Assembly: GCA_017554455.1 (NCBI GenBank)
Contig: JAFZIH010000142.1
Span: 1 to 53,924, forward strand
DNA from: Clostridia bacterium
GTDB lineage: Bacteria; Bacillota; Clostridia; Christensenellales; CAG-138
Direction: 5' to 3'
DNA: 53,924 nt
The position numbers and the translations under genes are program-made. Position 1 is the first letter of the stretch. Each line of letters starts with the position of its first letter. The notes beneath the pieces are model-generated. The model ran no database searches and had not been told where the DNA came from. It saw only the letters and a list, made by a program, of their open reading frames with translations. Shown here in pieces: positions 41,920-50,102 of this stretch.

Positions 41920-44106
41920 TTATGCGAGATTCTCCGCAAGCTGCCACGGAATCTGGACTTCGCCCGCCTGATTGCCGTCCATGACGGTTTCAAAGTTGTT
42001 TGCGTAGTCCGGTGCTTCCTCATAGAAGGTCACGATTTCATCGAAGAAGGCATGCGCCCAGCCGCCCTCAATCACTTCGTCGTGTAGCTCGATGTACAGC
42101 TCCTCGCCGATGTATGCGGAAAGATCCATGACATAGGTGCCCATGTCAGCCCAGTGACCGCCCTGTGCGAGGGACGGGAAGTTCTGGTCCGCAAAGCGGT
42201 TCTGCTTATAGTAGCCGATCAGCGTGCCGTCCGCTTTGAAGACCTTGACCGCGGCCGCCGCTGCGCCCATACGGACGGAGATGAATCCGGAGCCGGAGAG
42301 CGTGAAGTTCGTCGAGCGAATCGCCCACGGATCAGGTTCGTCGATACCGGTGCTCCAGCCGTCGAGGTGGAATTCGCCCGCCTGGTTGTACGGAAGCGCT
42401 TCGTCCCAGTAGGTTTCTTTGGAAATGACGCCAGGATACTGACCTTCGACTTTCTGCCATGCGTCGGTCAGGATCGTCCAGCCCGCAAGGTTTCCGCTCT
42501 CAAAGCCGCCGTTAGCGATTTCATTATGATCCGCCATCGCGACCACGGTAATCTTAGCTTCCACCGTCTTGCCGTCCTTCTCAGCGCCGTAGAATACATT
42601 GTAGAAACCCGGCGCGCTCATGTCGAACGCATCGAATCCCTCGGTCGTTTCATTTCCTTCAAACTCGACCTTGGTAATCGCAACCGGAACATCCTCGCTG
42701 CCGAACGCTGCCTTCGCGTCCGCAACGTATGCGGTGAGGTCGACTGTGCCGCAGTCGACGACTTGATTGTCCGCATACGCAGTCATCGTCAGGGATTGAA
42801 GCGGTACGGGGTACGGATAGTTGGTGTAGTAGTTTCTGAGCGAGGTCAGATCGTCGTAGGAAGCGGAGGTGTAGGTCTCGTTTTGGATCTTCTCCATCTG
42901 CTCGACTTCGAGCGCCGCGACTTCGTCCTTCGTGAGCGAAACGCGGAAGTCATCGACGTTGATGAACGCGAATCCGCCGTTACTGCCGTCATTTGCGTCA
43001 ACGACCTTAAGGTAGCACACTCTGCCGATGTATTCGCTCGCATCCATGTAGAACCGGAGCAGCGTCAGCGCAAGCGCCGGATCGGAGAAGTACGTGTTTT
43101 CCTGCTTGATCAGCTCTTCGTCCGTGTTGCCGTCACACAGTGCAACATAGGAGCCGCCGTTGCCGGAGCCCATCATGAAGGTGATGAAGCCGTCGCCGCC
43201 GAGCGTAAACTTGGTGGAACGGATCGCGCCGGTCAGAGATTCCTGAATCGCGCCGTTGTTGGAGCCATCGAGGTAGTATTCACCTTCGCCGTATACCATA
43301 CGGTCGGTCCAGTAGTACTGCGAGGTCGGAACGATCGCCGCACGGGTAAGTGCGGTACCGTCCAAGAGCAGCCAGCCGGTAAGGTCTCCGGTCTCAAAGC
43401 CGCCGTTGACAATTGCGTTGGAGGTCTCATCCTCTTCGAACGGTCTCGGACCGTAGTCTGCAAATTGACGGTCATGCTCCGCCTTTGCGGCGTCAACTTC
43501 CGCCGCATCCTTGCAGACCTTGAATGCATCGAGGTTCAGCCAGGAAATGTCGTTTCCGTCGTCGTTGTCTGTGACGACGATGTAGATTGTCTTTCCGACA
43601 TAGGCAGAAAGGTCGACGACCTTGGTCAAAAGATGATCGGTAATGAACACGCCGTCACATTCGTCGTTGACCACCTTTGCGATCGCCTTGTCATTGCCCT
43701 GCTCAAAGAATTCAACATAACACTTTTCAGTGTCCTTGCCGCCGCCCATCTTAAAGGTGATGAAGCCGTTGCCGCCGAGTTTGAACGGATCGGAGGTCAG
43801 CGTGCCGCGCATCGCGGGGTTGCCGCCGACCGTGCCGGCAAAGAAGTACGTGCCGCTCTTTTCGATCGGCGCACCGCTGATTTTTTCCGCATCGGTGACG
43901 CCGCGGAAGTTGAACGCAGCATCCTTGCGCGTCCAACCGACCCACTGGCCGGATGCAACGTCTTCAAAATCGCCGTTTACAATGTCGTCCGCAACAGCAA
44001 CTTCGGGCTTGTCATTGCCGCCGGCATTACCGGAGCACGCGAACACGCTGAAGACCATCAGGACAACAAGCAAAACAGCAAACAAACGATGAAGTTTTGT
44101 TTTCAT
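41920..44106 (-). CDS. Surface lipoprotein with three tandem ~160-aa CBM-like beta-sandwich repeats plus an Ig-like spacer
   Basis: Start MKTKLHRLFAVLLVVLMVFSVFAC (lipobox) with GAGAGGGA SD. Repeats at aa 42-197, 232-389 and 529-695 share NGxFExGxLxGW, RSxxFxLxGxGFIxF.MG and DxSxYxG...D.F blocks. Confidence 0.8.
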   Translation of the reverse strand: MKTKLHRLFAVLLVVLMVFSVFACSGNAGGNDKPEVAVADDIVNGDFEDVASGQWVGWTRKDAAFNFRGVTDAEKISGAPIEKSGTYFFAGTVGGNPAMRGTLTSDPFKLGGNGFITFKMGGGKDTEKCYVEFFEQGNDKAIAKVVNDECDGVFITDHLLTKVVDLSAYVGKTIYIVVTDNDDGNDISWLNLDAFKVCKDAAEVDAAKAEHDRQFADYGPRPFEEDETSNAIVNGGFETGDLTGWLLLDGTALTRAAIVPTSQYYWTDRMVYGEGEYYLDGSNNGAIQESLTGAIRSTKFTLGGDGFITFMMGSGNGGSYVALCDGNTDEELIKQENTYFSDPALALTLLRFYMDASEYIGRVCYLKVVDANDGSNGGFAFINVDDFRVSLTKDEVAALEVEQMEKIQNETYTSASYDDLTSLRNYYTNYPYPVPLQSLTMTAYADNQVVDCGTVDLTAYVADAKAAFGSEDVPVAITKVEFEGNETTEGFDAFDMSAPGFYNVFYGAEKDGKTVEAKITVVAMADHNEIANGGFESGNLAGWTILTDAWQKVEGQYPGVISKETYWDEALPYNQAGEFHLDGWSTGIDEPDPWAIRSTNFTLSGSGFISVRMGAAAAAVKVFKADGTLIGYYKQNRFADQNFPSLAQGGHWADMGTYVMDLSAYIGEELYIELHDEVIEGGWAHAFFDEIVTFYEEAPDYANNFETVMDGNQAGEVQIPWQLAENLA

Positions 44107-44189
44107 AAATAGTCCCTCTCTATTGATTTCGCTTAAAATGGTACGATTCCGCATTTTTGGTGAGTATGCGGGGCAACGGATGGTTTAGA

Positions 44190-44226
44190 ATGGTTTTAGA
44201 CGCGTGTAACGTTTCACGGTTATCAC
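44190..44226. promoter_or_regulatory. Putative LacI-family operator box (copy A)
   Basis: ATGGTTTTAGA-cgcgtg-TAACGTTTCACGGTTATC. It contains the near-palindrome TGTAACGTTTCA, lies just downstream of the -10 box, and shares its sequence with 48102-48130. Confidence 0.5.
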
Positions 44227-44232
44227 GTTTTC

Positions 44233-44261
44233 AGTATAGCAAGTACACCAATGTCTGTCAA
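44233..44261 (-). promoter_or_regulatory. Sigma-A promoter of the CBM-lipoprotein / GH32 / ATPase operon
   Basis: Minus strand reads TTGACA, 17 nt, TATACT. Confidence 0.55.
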
Positions 44262-44311
44262 TACTGATTTTATAATAATACATAGAAGAAACTGACAATA
44301 CGCGTATTTTA

Positions 44312-44344
44312 CATAAAAATAACACCCGAGTTGCTGCTCGGGTG
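44312..44344 (-). terminator. Rho-independent terminator after the lacI-linked membrane-protein operon
   Basis: CACCCGAG-loop-CTCGGGTG followed on the minus strand by TTATTTTTAT. Confidence 0.7.
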
Positions 44345-44367
44345 TGACAAAAAAGGTATGAAACGTT

Positions 44368-44871
44368 TTACCGATTTACGCTAGAAAGGACGTTTTCCTC
44401 CGATCCAGTCGTAAAGCTGTCGCGTTTTACGAGGATCCCCTTGTTCGCGGACGTGATGAAGATCAGAAGCCGGTCTGTGTTCAGCATTTTTGTGATATCG
44501 GAATAAGCGACGGTAATTTTTCGGCCTTCGGGATTGACCACCAGCCGATCCGCAAAAAACACTGTCGTACGTTCCGGGTCTTCTCCGTACAGCTCCAAAA
44601 ACGCATTGTACGCTTTTTTGCGCTTTCTCCACGGCGTATAGACCGCAACCCAGAGCGAGGCAAGGATCAGCACGAGCGCTTCGACGACCAGAAAGACGAT
44701 GCTCGGCTTGGTAAACAGTGTGATTGCAGCGATGACGATCCATGCGCCGGTCATGATCAGCACCATGCGGAGCGCAAAGTGTGAATAGGTCTCCTTGCTC
44801 GTGCGTTTGTTGCCCTCATAAAAGAGCTCTTTTGTCAGCGTAAACTGATTGACTGCGATCGGTTCGTTCAC
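44368..44871 (-). CDS. YcxB-like membrane protein (two TM helices + bPH-like C-terminal domain)
   Basis: GTG start at 44871 overlaps the upstream stop (GTGA) and is preceded by GGAGGAGGAG. The longer 332-aa ORF-track version runs through the upstream gene. Confidence 0.65.
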   Translation of the reverse strand: MNEPIAVNQFTLTKELFYEGNKRTSKETYSHFALRMVLIMTGAWIVIAAITLFTKPSIVFLVVEALVLILASLWVAVYTPWRKRKKAYNAFLELYGEDPERTTVFFADRLVVNPEGRKITVAYSDITKMLNTDRLLIFITSANKGILVKRDSFTTGSEENVLSSVNR

Positions 44872-45668
44872 GGAATGTACTCCTCCTCCGGCAGATTGTC
44901 GGGAAATGCCTCGCGGATCTGATCCTCGACCTTGAAATCCTTGTTCAGCGGACGGTAGATGAAGAACACCGCAAGGAAGATGACGTACCAGTCGCCGAGA
45001 ATGGGCACGACGAACGCCGTCCACGGCAGAAAGAGGAGCATAATCAACCAGTAAACGACCTGCAGCACCGCGGCGCCGAAGATCCTGCCGGGATGGAACA
45101 GGATGAAAAACAGCGTGTTCTTCAAACGAATGCCGACCTTTTGCGTAAACAGCACCGCCTGTGGCCACCAGACCGTCAGGATCGCGGCAAGAAAAATCGA
45201 ACCGACGAGCAGGATTGCGATCGTGCCGAGCGAGGGCTTCGTCGCGCCCCAGAGCATCAGCGCGGCGGAAAAGACGACCAGCCCCATGAACACGCACTGC
45301 ACGACGCCGGTGAGGATCGAAATCACAAGGTTCTGCCGGAACGCTTTCTTCCAGCAAACCCACCACTCGCTCTTGTCGTTCCGCAAGCGGCGAAGGATCA
45401 GATCATACAGGCAGCCGAGCCCAGGACCCGCAAAGACCCCGCCGACAACACCAGCAAGCAGCGCGATCAGTATGCTTTTGGAAAGGATCGCATAAACCAT
45501 GCCGCCCGCGAAAGGAATGAACAAAACCAACGAAATGAACCCGACCAGAAAGAGCTGTTTCCAGCTACCTTCCAGAACCTCGCGATAGCGGGCGAATCCG
45601 AGCGACCGGACGCCTTCGATTTTATGATCGTCATCCCGAAAAAACAACCCCATGTCGTCCTCCGTCAA
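44868..45668 (-). CDS. YesL/DUF624-family integral membrane protein
   Basis: Multi-TM protein with the DUF624-like N-terminus (F..Y...L...WK...L). This family is usually found in sugar ABC loci. Start overlaps the upstream stop by 4 nt. Confidence 0.65.
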   Translation of the reverse strand: MTEDDMGLFFRDDDHKIEGVRSLGFARYREVLEGSWKQLFLVGFISLVLFIPFAGGMVYAILSKSILIALLAGVVGGVFAGPGLGCLYDLILRRLRNDKSEWWVCWKKAFRQNLVISILTGVVQCVFMGLVVFSAALMLWGATKPSLGTIAILLVGSIFLAAILTVWWPQAVLFTQKVGIRLKNTLFFILFHPGRIFGAAVLQVVYWLIMLLFLPWTAFVVPILGDWYVIFLAVFFIYRPLNKDFKVEDQIREAFPDNLPEEEYIP

Positions 45669-46234
45669 AAATGCAAATGCTCTAAAAACCTCTGCAGGAT
45701 CTCCTCCGTATCTCCCGCAAAGTCCTCTTTTGCAAGGACCTCGACGGTGACGGCGTTCGCGCCGAACACAAGAAATGCCGCAGCCCCGCGGTGATACGGA
45801 TTGTCCTCGCTGCCGCTTAAAAGACGCAGAACACGGTACTCCCTTCCAGCAACGGTCAAGGTCGTTTCCGTCGTTTCATATCGGCCCTGTTCACGCTCGA
45901 TCCAGTCCAGAACGTCGTTTTCCGTGCCCTTTTCCGTCTGCCCTTCCTTGAGAAGCAGATAGATCTGCGCGTCATAGACCGTCGCGTCCTTATCCTGCGC
46001 GTTTTTGATCGTGACGCCCTCGCCCGCTGTCCATGTCGCGTACCAGAGCCCCGCGATCGACAGCACGTCATTGCTCTCGTTCAGGGTAAAACCGTCGATC
46101 GTTTCTGCAGCCAGCACGTCGTCGAAGCGGATCGGATAGTCGTTCCATTCCGGATGCGCGTCCACAGCAGGCTCTTTTGCACAAGCGCAAAGCAATAGCA
46201 AGATCAGAAAAAGAATGCTCGCTCGTCGCTTCAT
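45665..46234 (-). CDS. Hypothetical lipoprotein
   Basis: MKRRASILFLILLLLCAC lipobox. No recognisable domain. 4-nt overlaps at both ends. Confidence 0.65.
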   Translation of the reverse strand: MKRRASILFLILLLLCACAKEPAVDAHPEWNDYPIRFDDVLAAETIDGFTLNESNDVLSIAGLWYATWTAGEGVTIKNAQDKDATVYDAQIYLLLKEGQTEKGTENDVLDWIEREQGRYETTETTLTVAGREYRVLRLLSGSEDNPYHRGAAAFLVFGANAVTVEVLAKEDFAGDTEEILQRFLEHLHF

Positions 46235-46929
46235 TGTGCTGCTCCTTTCGTTAAAAGATTCCAAAACGCTTCGTCCGCTTCATGTCCGTCTGCTGCCTTA
46301 CCGGAAAACCAGCGTCTGCCGAGCGAAAGACCGGAAAACGCCGCCCGATCAAGGTCCAGCCCCATAAGCGTCGGACAGTTTTCCCATAAAAATACCTTTT
46401 CGGACACGTTACGATCGTCCTCGTCCGGCTCGGAACCGTCCGTGTTTGCAAGGATCCAATAGGAACGCTGCAGCCCCTTGGGATCGTCCGTCAAAAAGAA
46501 ATAGCTGTCGCCTTTTGTGATGTCTGCAAGAAGCTTTGCGTCCGCTGCCTGGTTATAAAAGAGCGCTGTTTCCGCGTCTCCAGTACGTTTCATCAGGTAT
46601 TGACGAAGCTCGACCTTTACCGTGCCGTCACCGTTGACATCCGCGCCGAGCAGCGCAAGCGCTTCTTCGAACGCCTCCGTCTGTTCGTTCGATATTGATT
46701 CCTTTCCGACGTAGGCAAACACATAATCAGGTCTGACTTTTCCGATACCGAGCACGTTCCAGAGCATCGTGCCTACAACGATCAGGATTACCGCGCCGAT
46801 CGCGATCCAATACCAATGGTAGTGCAGCCAATTCATGATCTTCTCTCTGCGCGTGTAAACGATCGGCTTTTCGGGCGCTTCCGCCTCGATTTCTTTTTGT
46901 GCTTTCTGCTTTAAATACTCGCTTGCCAT
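46231..46929 (-). CDS. Hypothetical single-pass membrane protein
   Basis: MASEYLKQ... then a TM helix (WYWIAIGAVILIVVGTMLW) and a ~170-aa extracytoplasmic domain of unknown family. Confidence 0.6.
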   Translation of the reverse strand: MASEYLKQKAQKEIEAEAPEKPIVYTRREKIMNWLHYHWYWIAIGAVILIVVGTMLWNVLGIGKVRPDYVFAYVGKESISNEQTEAFEEALALLGADVNGDGTVKVELRQYLMKRTGDAETALFYNQAADAKLLADITKGDSYFFLTDDPKGLQRSYWILANTDGSEPDEDDRNVSEKVFLWENCPTLMGLDLDRAAFSGLSLGRRWFSGKAADGHEADEAFWNLLTKGAAQ

Positions 46930-46933
46930 CGGT

Positions 46934-47923
46934 TCACTTCCGCGTCGTTCCGCCGAACGCATATTCCACCGGCAGACAGAGAAGCGACGGCGCTTTGGAT
47001 TGGTCGGTGTTCAGGATCAGATTGACGGCGGATTCCGCGATTGCATCCACCGGTTGCACGATGGTCGAGCAGGTCAGCTCGAGATCTCCGAAGTTCCGGC
47101 AGCCGTCAAAGCCGATGATCTGCACGTCCTCGGGAACGGAGAGCCCCATTTCTTTAAGCGTACCTCGGATCTGATGCACCAGCGAGTCCGTGACGCAAAA
47201 CAGCCCGTCAAAGTCCAATTTACCGTCATGAAAATGTTCGTATAAAAAGTCAACAAACTCCTGATACGGCGCGCCGTCGCTCAGGATCTTCTGATCATAG
47301 GAGAGCCCGATCGCTTCGCACGCGGCGATAAAGCCGTCGCGTCTCTTGGACGGCTCGTGCGGAAGTTTGCTGGCGATTCTCAGCATCGCCACATGTTTGC
47401 AGCCGTTTTCCCTGAGCTTTTTCGCTGCAAGCCAGCCGCCGCCGTAGTTGTCGGACGCGACGCAGGGAATCTTTGCGCCGAAATAGCGGTCGATTGACAC
47501 GAGCGGGATTTCATCGGACACATTGAGCTTCGGATTGTAGCTTAAGCAGATGATACCGTCCACCTTCTGCTGCTCCGCGAGACGGACATATTCCTGCTCC
47601 TGATCGGGATCGTAATCGGTGCCGAAGAACACCATGTAGTGCTTTTTCAGCGCAAGCGTCTTACCGATGCTGTTGACCAGCGACGCGAAATAAGGGCTGA
47701 CGAGGTTCGGCATAATGACCGCGATTGCACGTGTCTTGCCGCTTTTTAACCCCTGCGCATAATTATTGATATGATAATTCAATTTCTTGATCGCCTTTTC
47801 CACCCGCACGCGGTAGTCTTCGCCGACGGGGATGCCGTTGACAACTTTAGAGACCGTGCCAAGCGCAACGCCTGCTTCGCGTGCAACGTCGTTCATGGTC
47901 GGATTGTTGCTTTTCTTTGCCAT
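46934..47923 (-). CDS. LacI-family transcriptional regulator
   Basis: HTH TMNDVAREAGVALGTVSKVVNG, periplasmic-binding-fold C-terminus. GGAGAA SD upstream of the ATG at 47921-47923. Confidence 0.9.
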   Translation of the reverse strand: MAKKSNNPTMNDVAREAGVALGTVSKVVNGIPVGEDYRVRVEKAIKKLNYHINNYAQGLKSGKTRAIAVIMPNLVSPYFASLVNSIGKTLALKKHYMVFFGTDYDPDQEQEYVRLAEQQKVDGIICLSYNPKLNVSDEIPLVSIDRYFGAKIPCVASDNYGGGWLAAKKLRENGCKHVAMLRIASKLPHEPSKRRDGFIAACEAIGLSYDQKILSDGAPYQEFVDFLYEHFHDGKLDFDGLFCVTDSLVHQIRGTLKEMGLSVPEDVQIIGFDGCRNFGDLELTCSTIVQPVDAIAESAVNLILNTDQSKAPSLLCLPVEYAFGGTTRK

Positions 47924-47965
47924 AGGATTCTCCGTTTCGTGAAATTTCATGAAATCTTCATGAAC

Positions 47966-47994
47966 ACTATATCGCATCCTTTCACAGTTGTAAA
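47966..47994 (-). promoter_or_regulatory. Putative promoter of the lacI operon
   Basis: Minus strand reads TTTACA, 17 nt, TATAGT. An operator-like half-site AACCGTGAAA lies at 48010-48019. Confidence 0.4.
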
Positions 47995-48067
47995 GAGTAA
48001 AAATACGAAAACCGTGAAAATTCTTGTAGATTATCGATAAATATTGTATTTTTTTGCAGATCTCCCG

Positions 48068-48097
48068 TTGACAAGGATCATGTCTGCGTGCTATGAT
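48068..48097 (+). promoter_or_regulatory. Sigma-A promoter of the ABC transporter / GH32 / fructokinase operon
   Basis: TTGACA (48068-48073), 18 nt, TATGAT (48092-48097). Confidence 0.5.
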
Positions 48098-48101
48098 AAG
48101 C

Positions 48102-48130
48102 ATGGTTTTAGATATAACGTTTCACGATTA
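48102..48130. promoter_or_regulatory. Putative LacI-family operator box (copy B)
   Basis: ATGGTTTTAGA-ta-TAACGTTTCACGATTACC immediately downstream of the -10 box. Matches copy A at 44190-44226. Confidence 0.5.
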
Positions 48131-48232
48131 CCCGCAATTCGCCGCACAGGTTGGTGACCCGACGGCAGAGCTGCGGGCATTGACAGTCACTTCTCATTTA
48201 TCCTTGCACAAATGAATAAGGAGGGATCCCCT

Positions 48233-49177
48233 GTGAGCACAGTCACAAAAGCTGAGGGGAAGAAAGTCAAACCGTTGAAGCACGGAAAGTCGCTCGGTCG
48301 CCGCATTGCGGAGAACTGGCAGTTGTATCTGATGCTTTTGATCCCCATTGTTATCACGATCATATACAAGTACATCCCGATGTACGGTATTCAGATCGCG
48401 TTCCGCAACTACAAGCCCGCGCAGGGCTTCTTCGGAAGCAAATGGGTCGGTCTCGATTGGTTTGAACGGTTCTTTACAGCGCCCACGTTCGGCAGAATGA
48501 TCAAAAATACCGTTCTGCTTTCCACGCTGTCGCTGCTGTTCAGCTTCCCCGTACCGATTCTGTTGGCGCTTGCCATCAACCAGCTTCGTTTCAAGCGCTA
48601 TAAGAGAGTGGTCCAGACCGTTCTCTATGCGCCGCACTTCATCTCCATCATGGTCGTTTGCGGTATGATCCGCATCTTCCTCTCCCCGTACGGCGGTCTC
48701 ATCAACCTGATCTTCGGCAACCAGATCGATTACATGACGCTGCCTGAGGCATTCCGCCCCATCTACATCATATCCGGCATCTGGCAGGACGCAGGCTGGG
48801 GCACGATCATCTACCTCGCGACGTTGTCCGCGGTCGACCCGGGTCTTTATGAGGCGGCGAAGATCGACGGCGCGTCCATGTTCCAGCGCATCCGTGTGAT
48901 CGACGTTCCGGAATTGATCCCGATGGTCATTCTGCAGCTCATCATGGCGGTATCCGGCATCATGAGCGTCGGGTTTGAAAAGGTCTTCCTTCTCCAGACC
49001 CAGCTCAACAAAGCGACGAGCGACGTCATCGCGGTCTATGTTTACGAGCAAGGTATCGTAGACCATGCGTACAGCTACTCCACGGCAATCGGTCTCTTCA
49101 ATACGGTCATCAATATCATCCTCTTGGTGGTCGTCAACAAGATCGCAAAGAAAGCCGCGGACGTCAGCTTCGTATAA
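48233..49177 (+). CDS. Sugar ABC transporter permease (LplB-like)
   Basis: Six TM helices and an EAA loop (YEAAKIDGAS). The GTG at 48233 sits 8 nt after AAGGAGGG. The ATG at 48212 has no SD. Confidence 0.85.
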   Translation: MSTVTKAEGKKVKPLKHGKSLGRRIAENWQLYLMLLIPIVITIIYKYIPMYGIQIAFRNYKPAQGFFGSKWVGLDWFERFFTAPTFGRMIKNTVLLSTLSLLFSFPVPILLALAINQLRFKRYKRVVQTVLYAPHFISIMVVCGMIRIFLSPYGGLINLIFGNQIDYMTLPEAFRPIYIISGIWQDAGWGTIIYLATLSAVDPGLYEAAKIDGASMFQRIRVIDVPELIPMVILQLIMAVSGIMSVGFEKVFLLQTQLNKATSDVIAVYVYEQGIVDHAYSYSTAIGLFNTVINIILLVVVNKIAKKAADVSFV

Positions 49178-49189
49178 GGAGGGATCGAC

Positions 49190-50080
49190 ATGAAGAGAAA
49201 ACAAGGTATGCACACCATGTCAGATAAGGCCAGCGATATCGTTCTGGTCGTCCTCACCGCTTTGATCATGCTGATCATCGCTTATCCTCTCTATTACGTC
49301 ATTGTCGCATCGGTCTCCGATCCGTATGACGTTTATGCGGGCAAGACGTTCTTGCTTCCGAGCCAGTTCACGCTCGAAGGCTACAAGATGGTCTTCAAAA
49401 ATTCCAGCTTGTTCAGTGGCTTTCTGCATTCCATTCTGTACACCGTGGTCGGTACGGTCTTCTCCGTCGCAATGGTGTATCTGACGGCATATCCCCTGAG
49501 CAGAAAGAACCTACCGGGCAGAAAATGGATCTCCATCTTCTTCATCATCACGATGTACTTCGGCGGCGGTCTGATCCCCACGTATTTGGTCGTACGCGAT
49601 ACGGGTCTCTTAAATACGATGTGGGCACTGTTCCTACCGGGCGGCGTTGCGATGGGCAATGTCATCATCGTGCGAAACTTCTTCGAGAACAACATTCCGA
49701 AGGAGCTCTACGAAGCGGCGGAGATCGACGGCGCAAACAACTTCACAACGTTCTGGCGCATCGTCATTCCGCTTTCCCGTTCCATCATGGCGGTTATCGT
49801 TGTCTTCTCGATGGTTGCCTACTGGAACGACTGGTTTACGGCGCTCATCTACCTCCAGAAAGATCAGTATCCCTTCCCGCTCGTTCTGCGCGGCATTCTG
49901 ATCACATCCGAGGCAATGACGCAAATGACCGGCGGTATGAGCTACGCCGAATCCAACCGTATCTCCGAGCTCGTCAAGTTCGCTTCCATGATCGTGGCGG
50001 CGGCGCCGATGCTCATCCTCTACCCGTTTGTACAGAAATACTTCGAGCAGGGCTTTATGTCCGGCGCGGTCAAGGGCTAA
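49190..50080 (+). CDS. Sugar ABC transporter permease (LplC-like)
   Basis: EAA loop YEAAEIDGAN. AAGGAGGG SD. Confidence 0.88.
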   Translation: MKRKQGMHTMSDKASDIVLVVLTALIMLIIAYPLYYVIVASVSDPYDVYAGKTFLLPSQFTLEGYKMVFKNSSLFSGFLHSILYTVVGTVFSVAMVYLTAYPLSRKNLPGRKWISIFFIITMYFGGGLIPTYLVVRDTGLLNTMWALFLPGGVAMGNVIIVRNFFENNIPKELYEAAEIDGANNFTTFWRIVIPLSRSIMAVIVVFSMVAYWNDWFTALIYLQKDQYPFPLVLRGILITSEAMTQMTGGMSYAESNRISELVKFASMIVAAAPMLILYPFVQKYFEQGFMSGAVKG

Positions 50081-50102
50081 TCAACTTATAAGGAGAAAAC
50101 AT

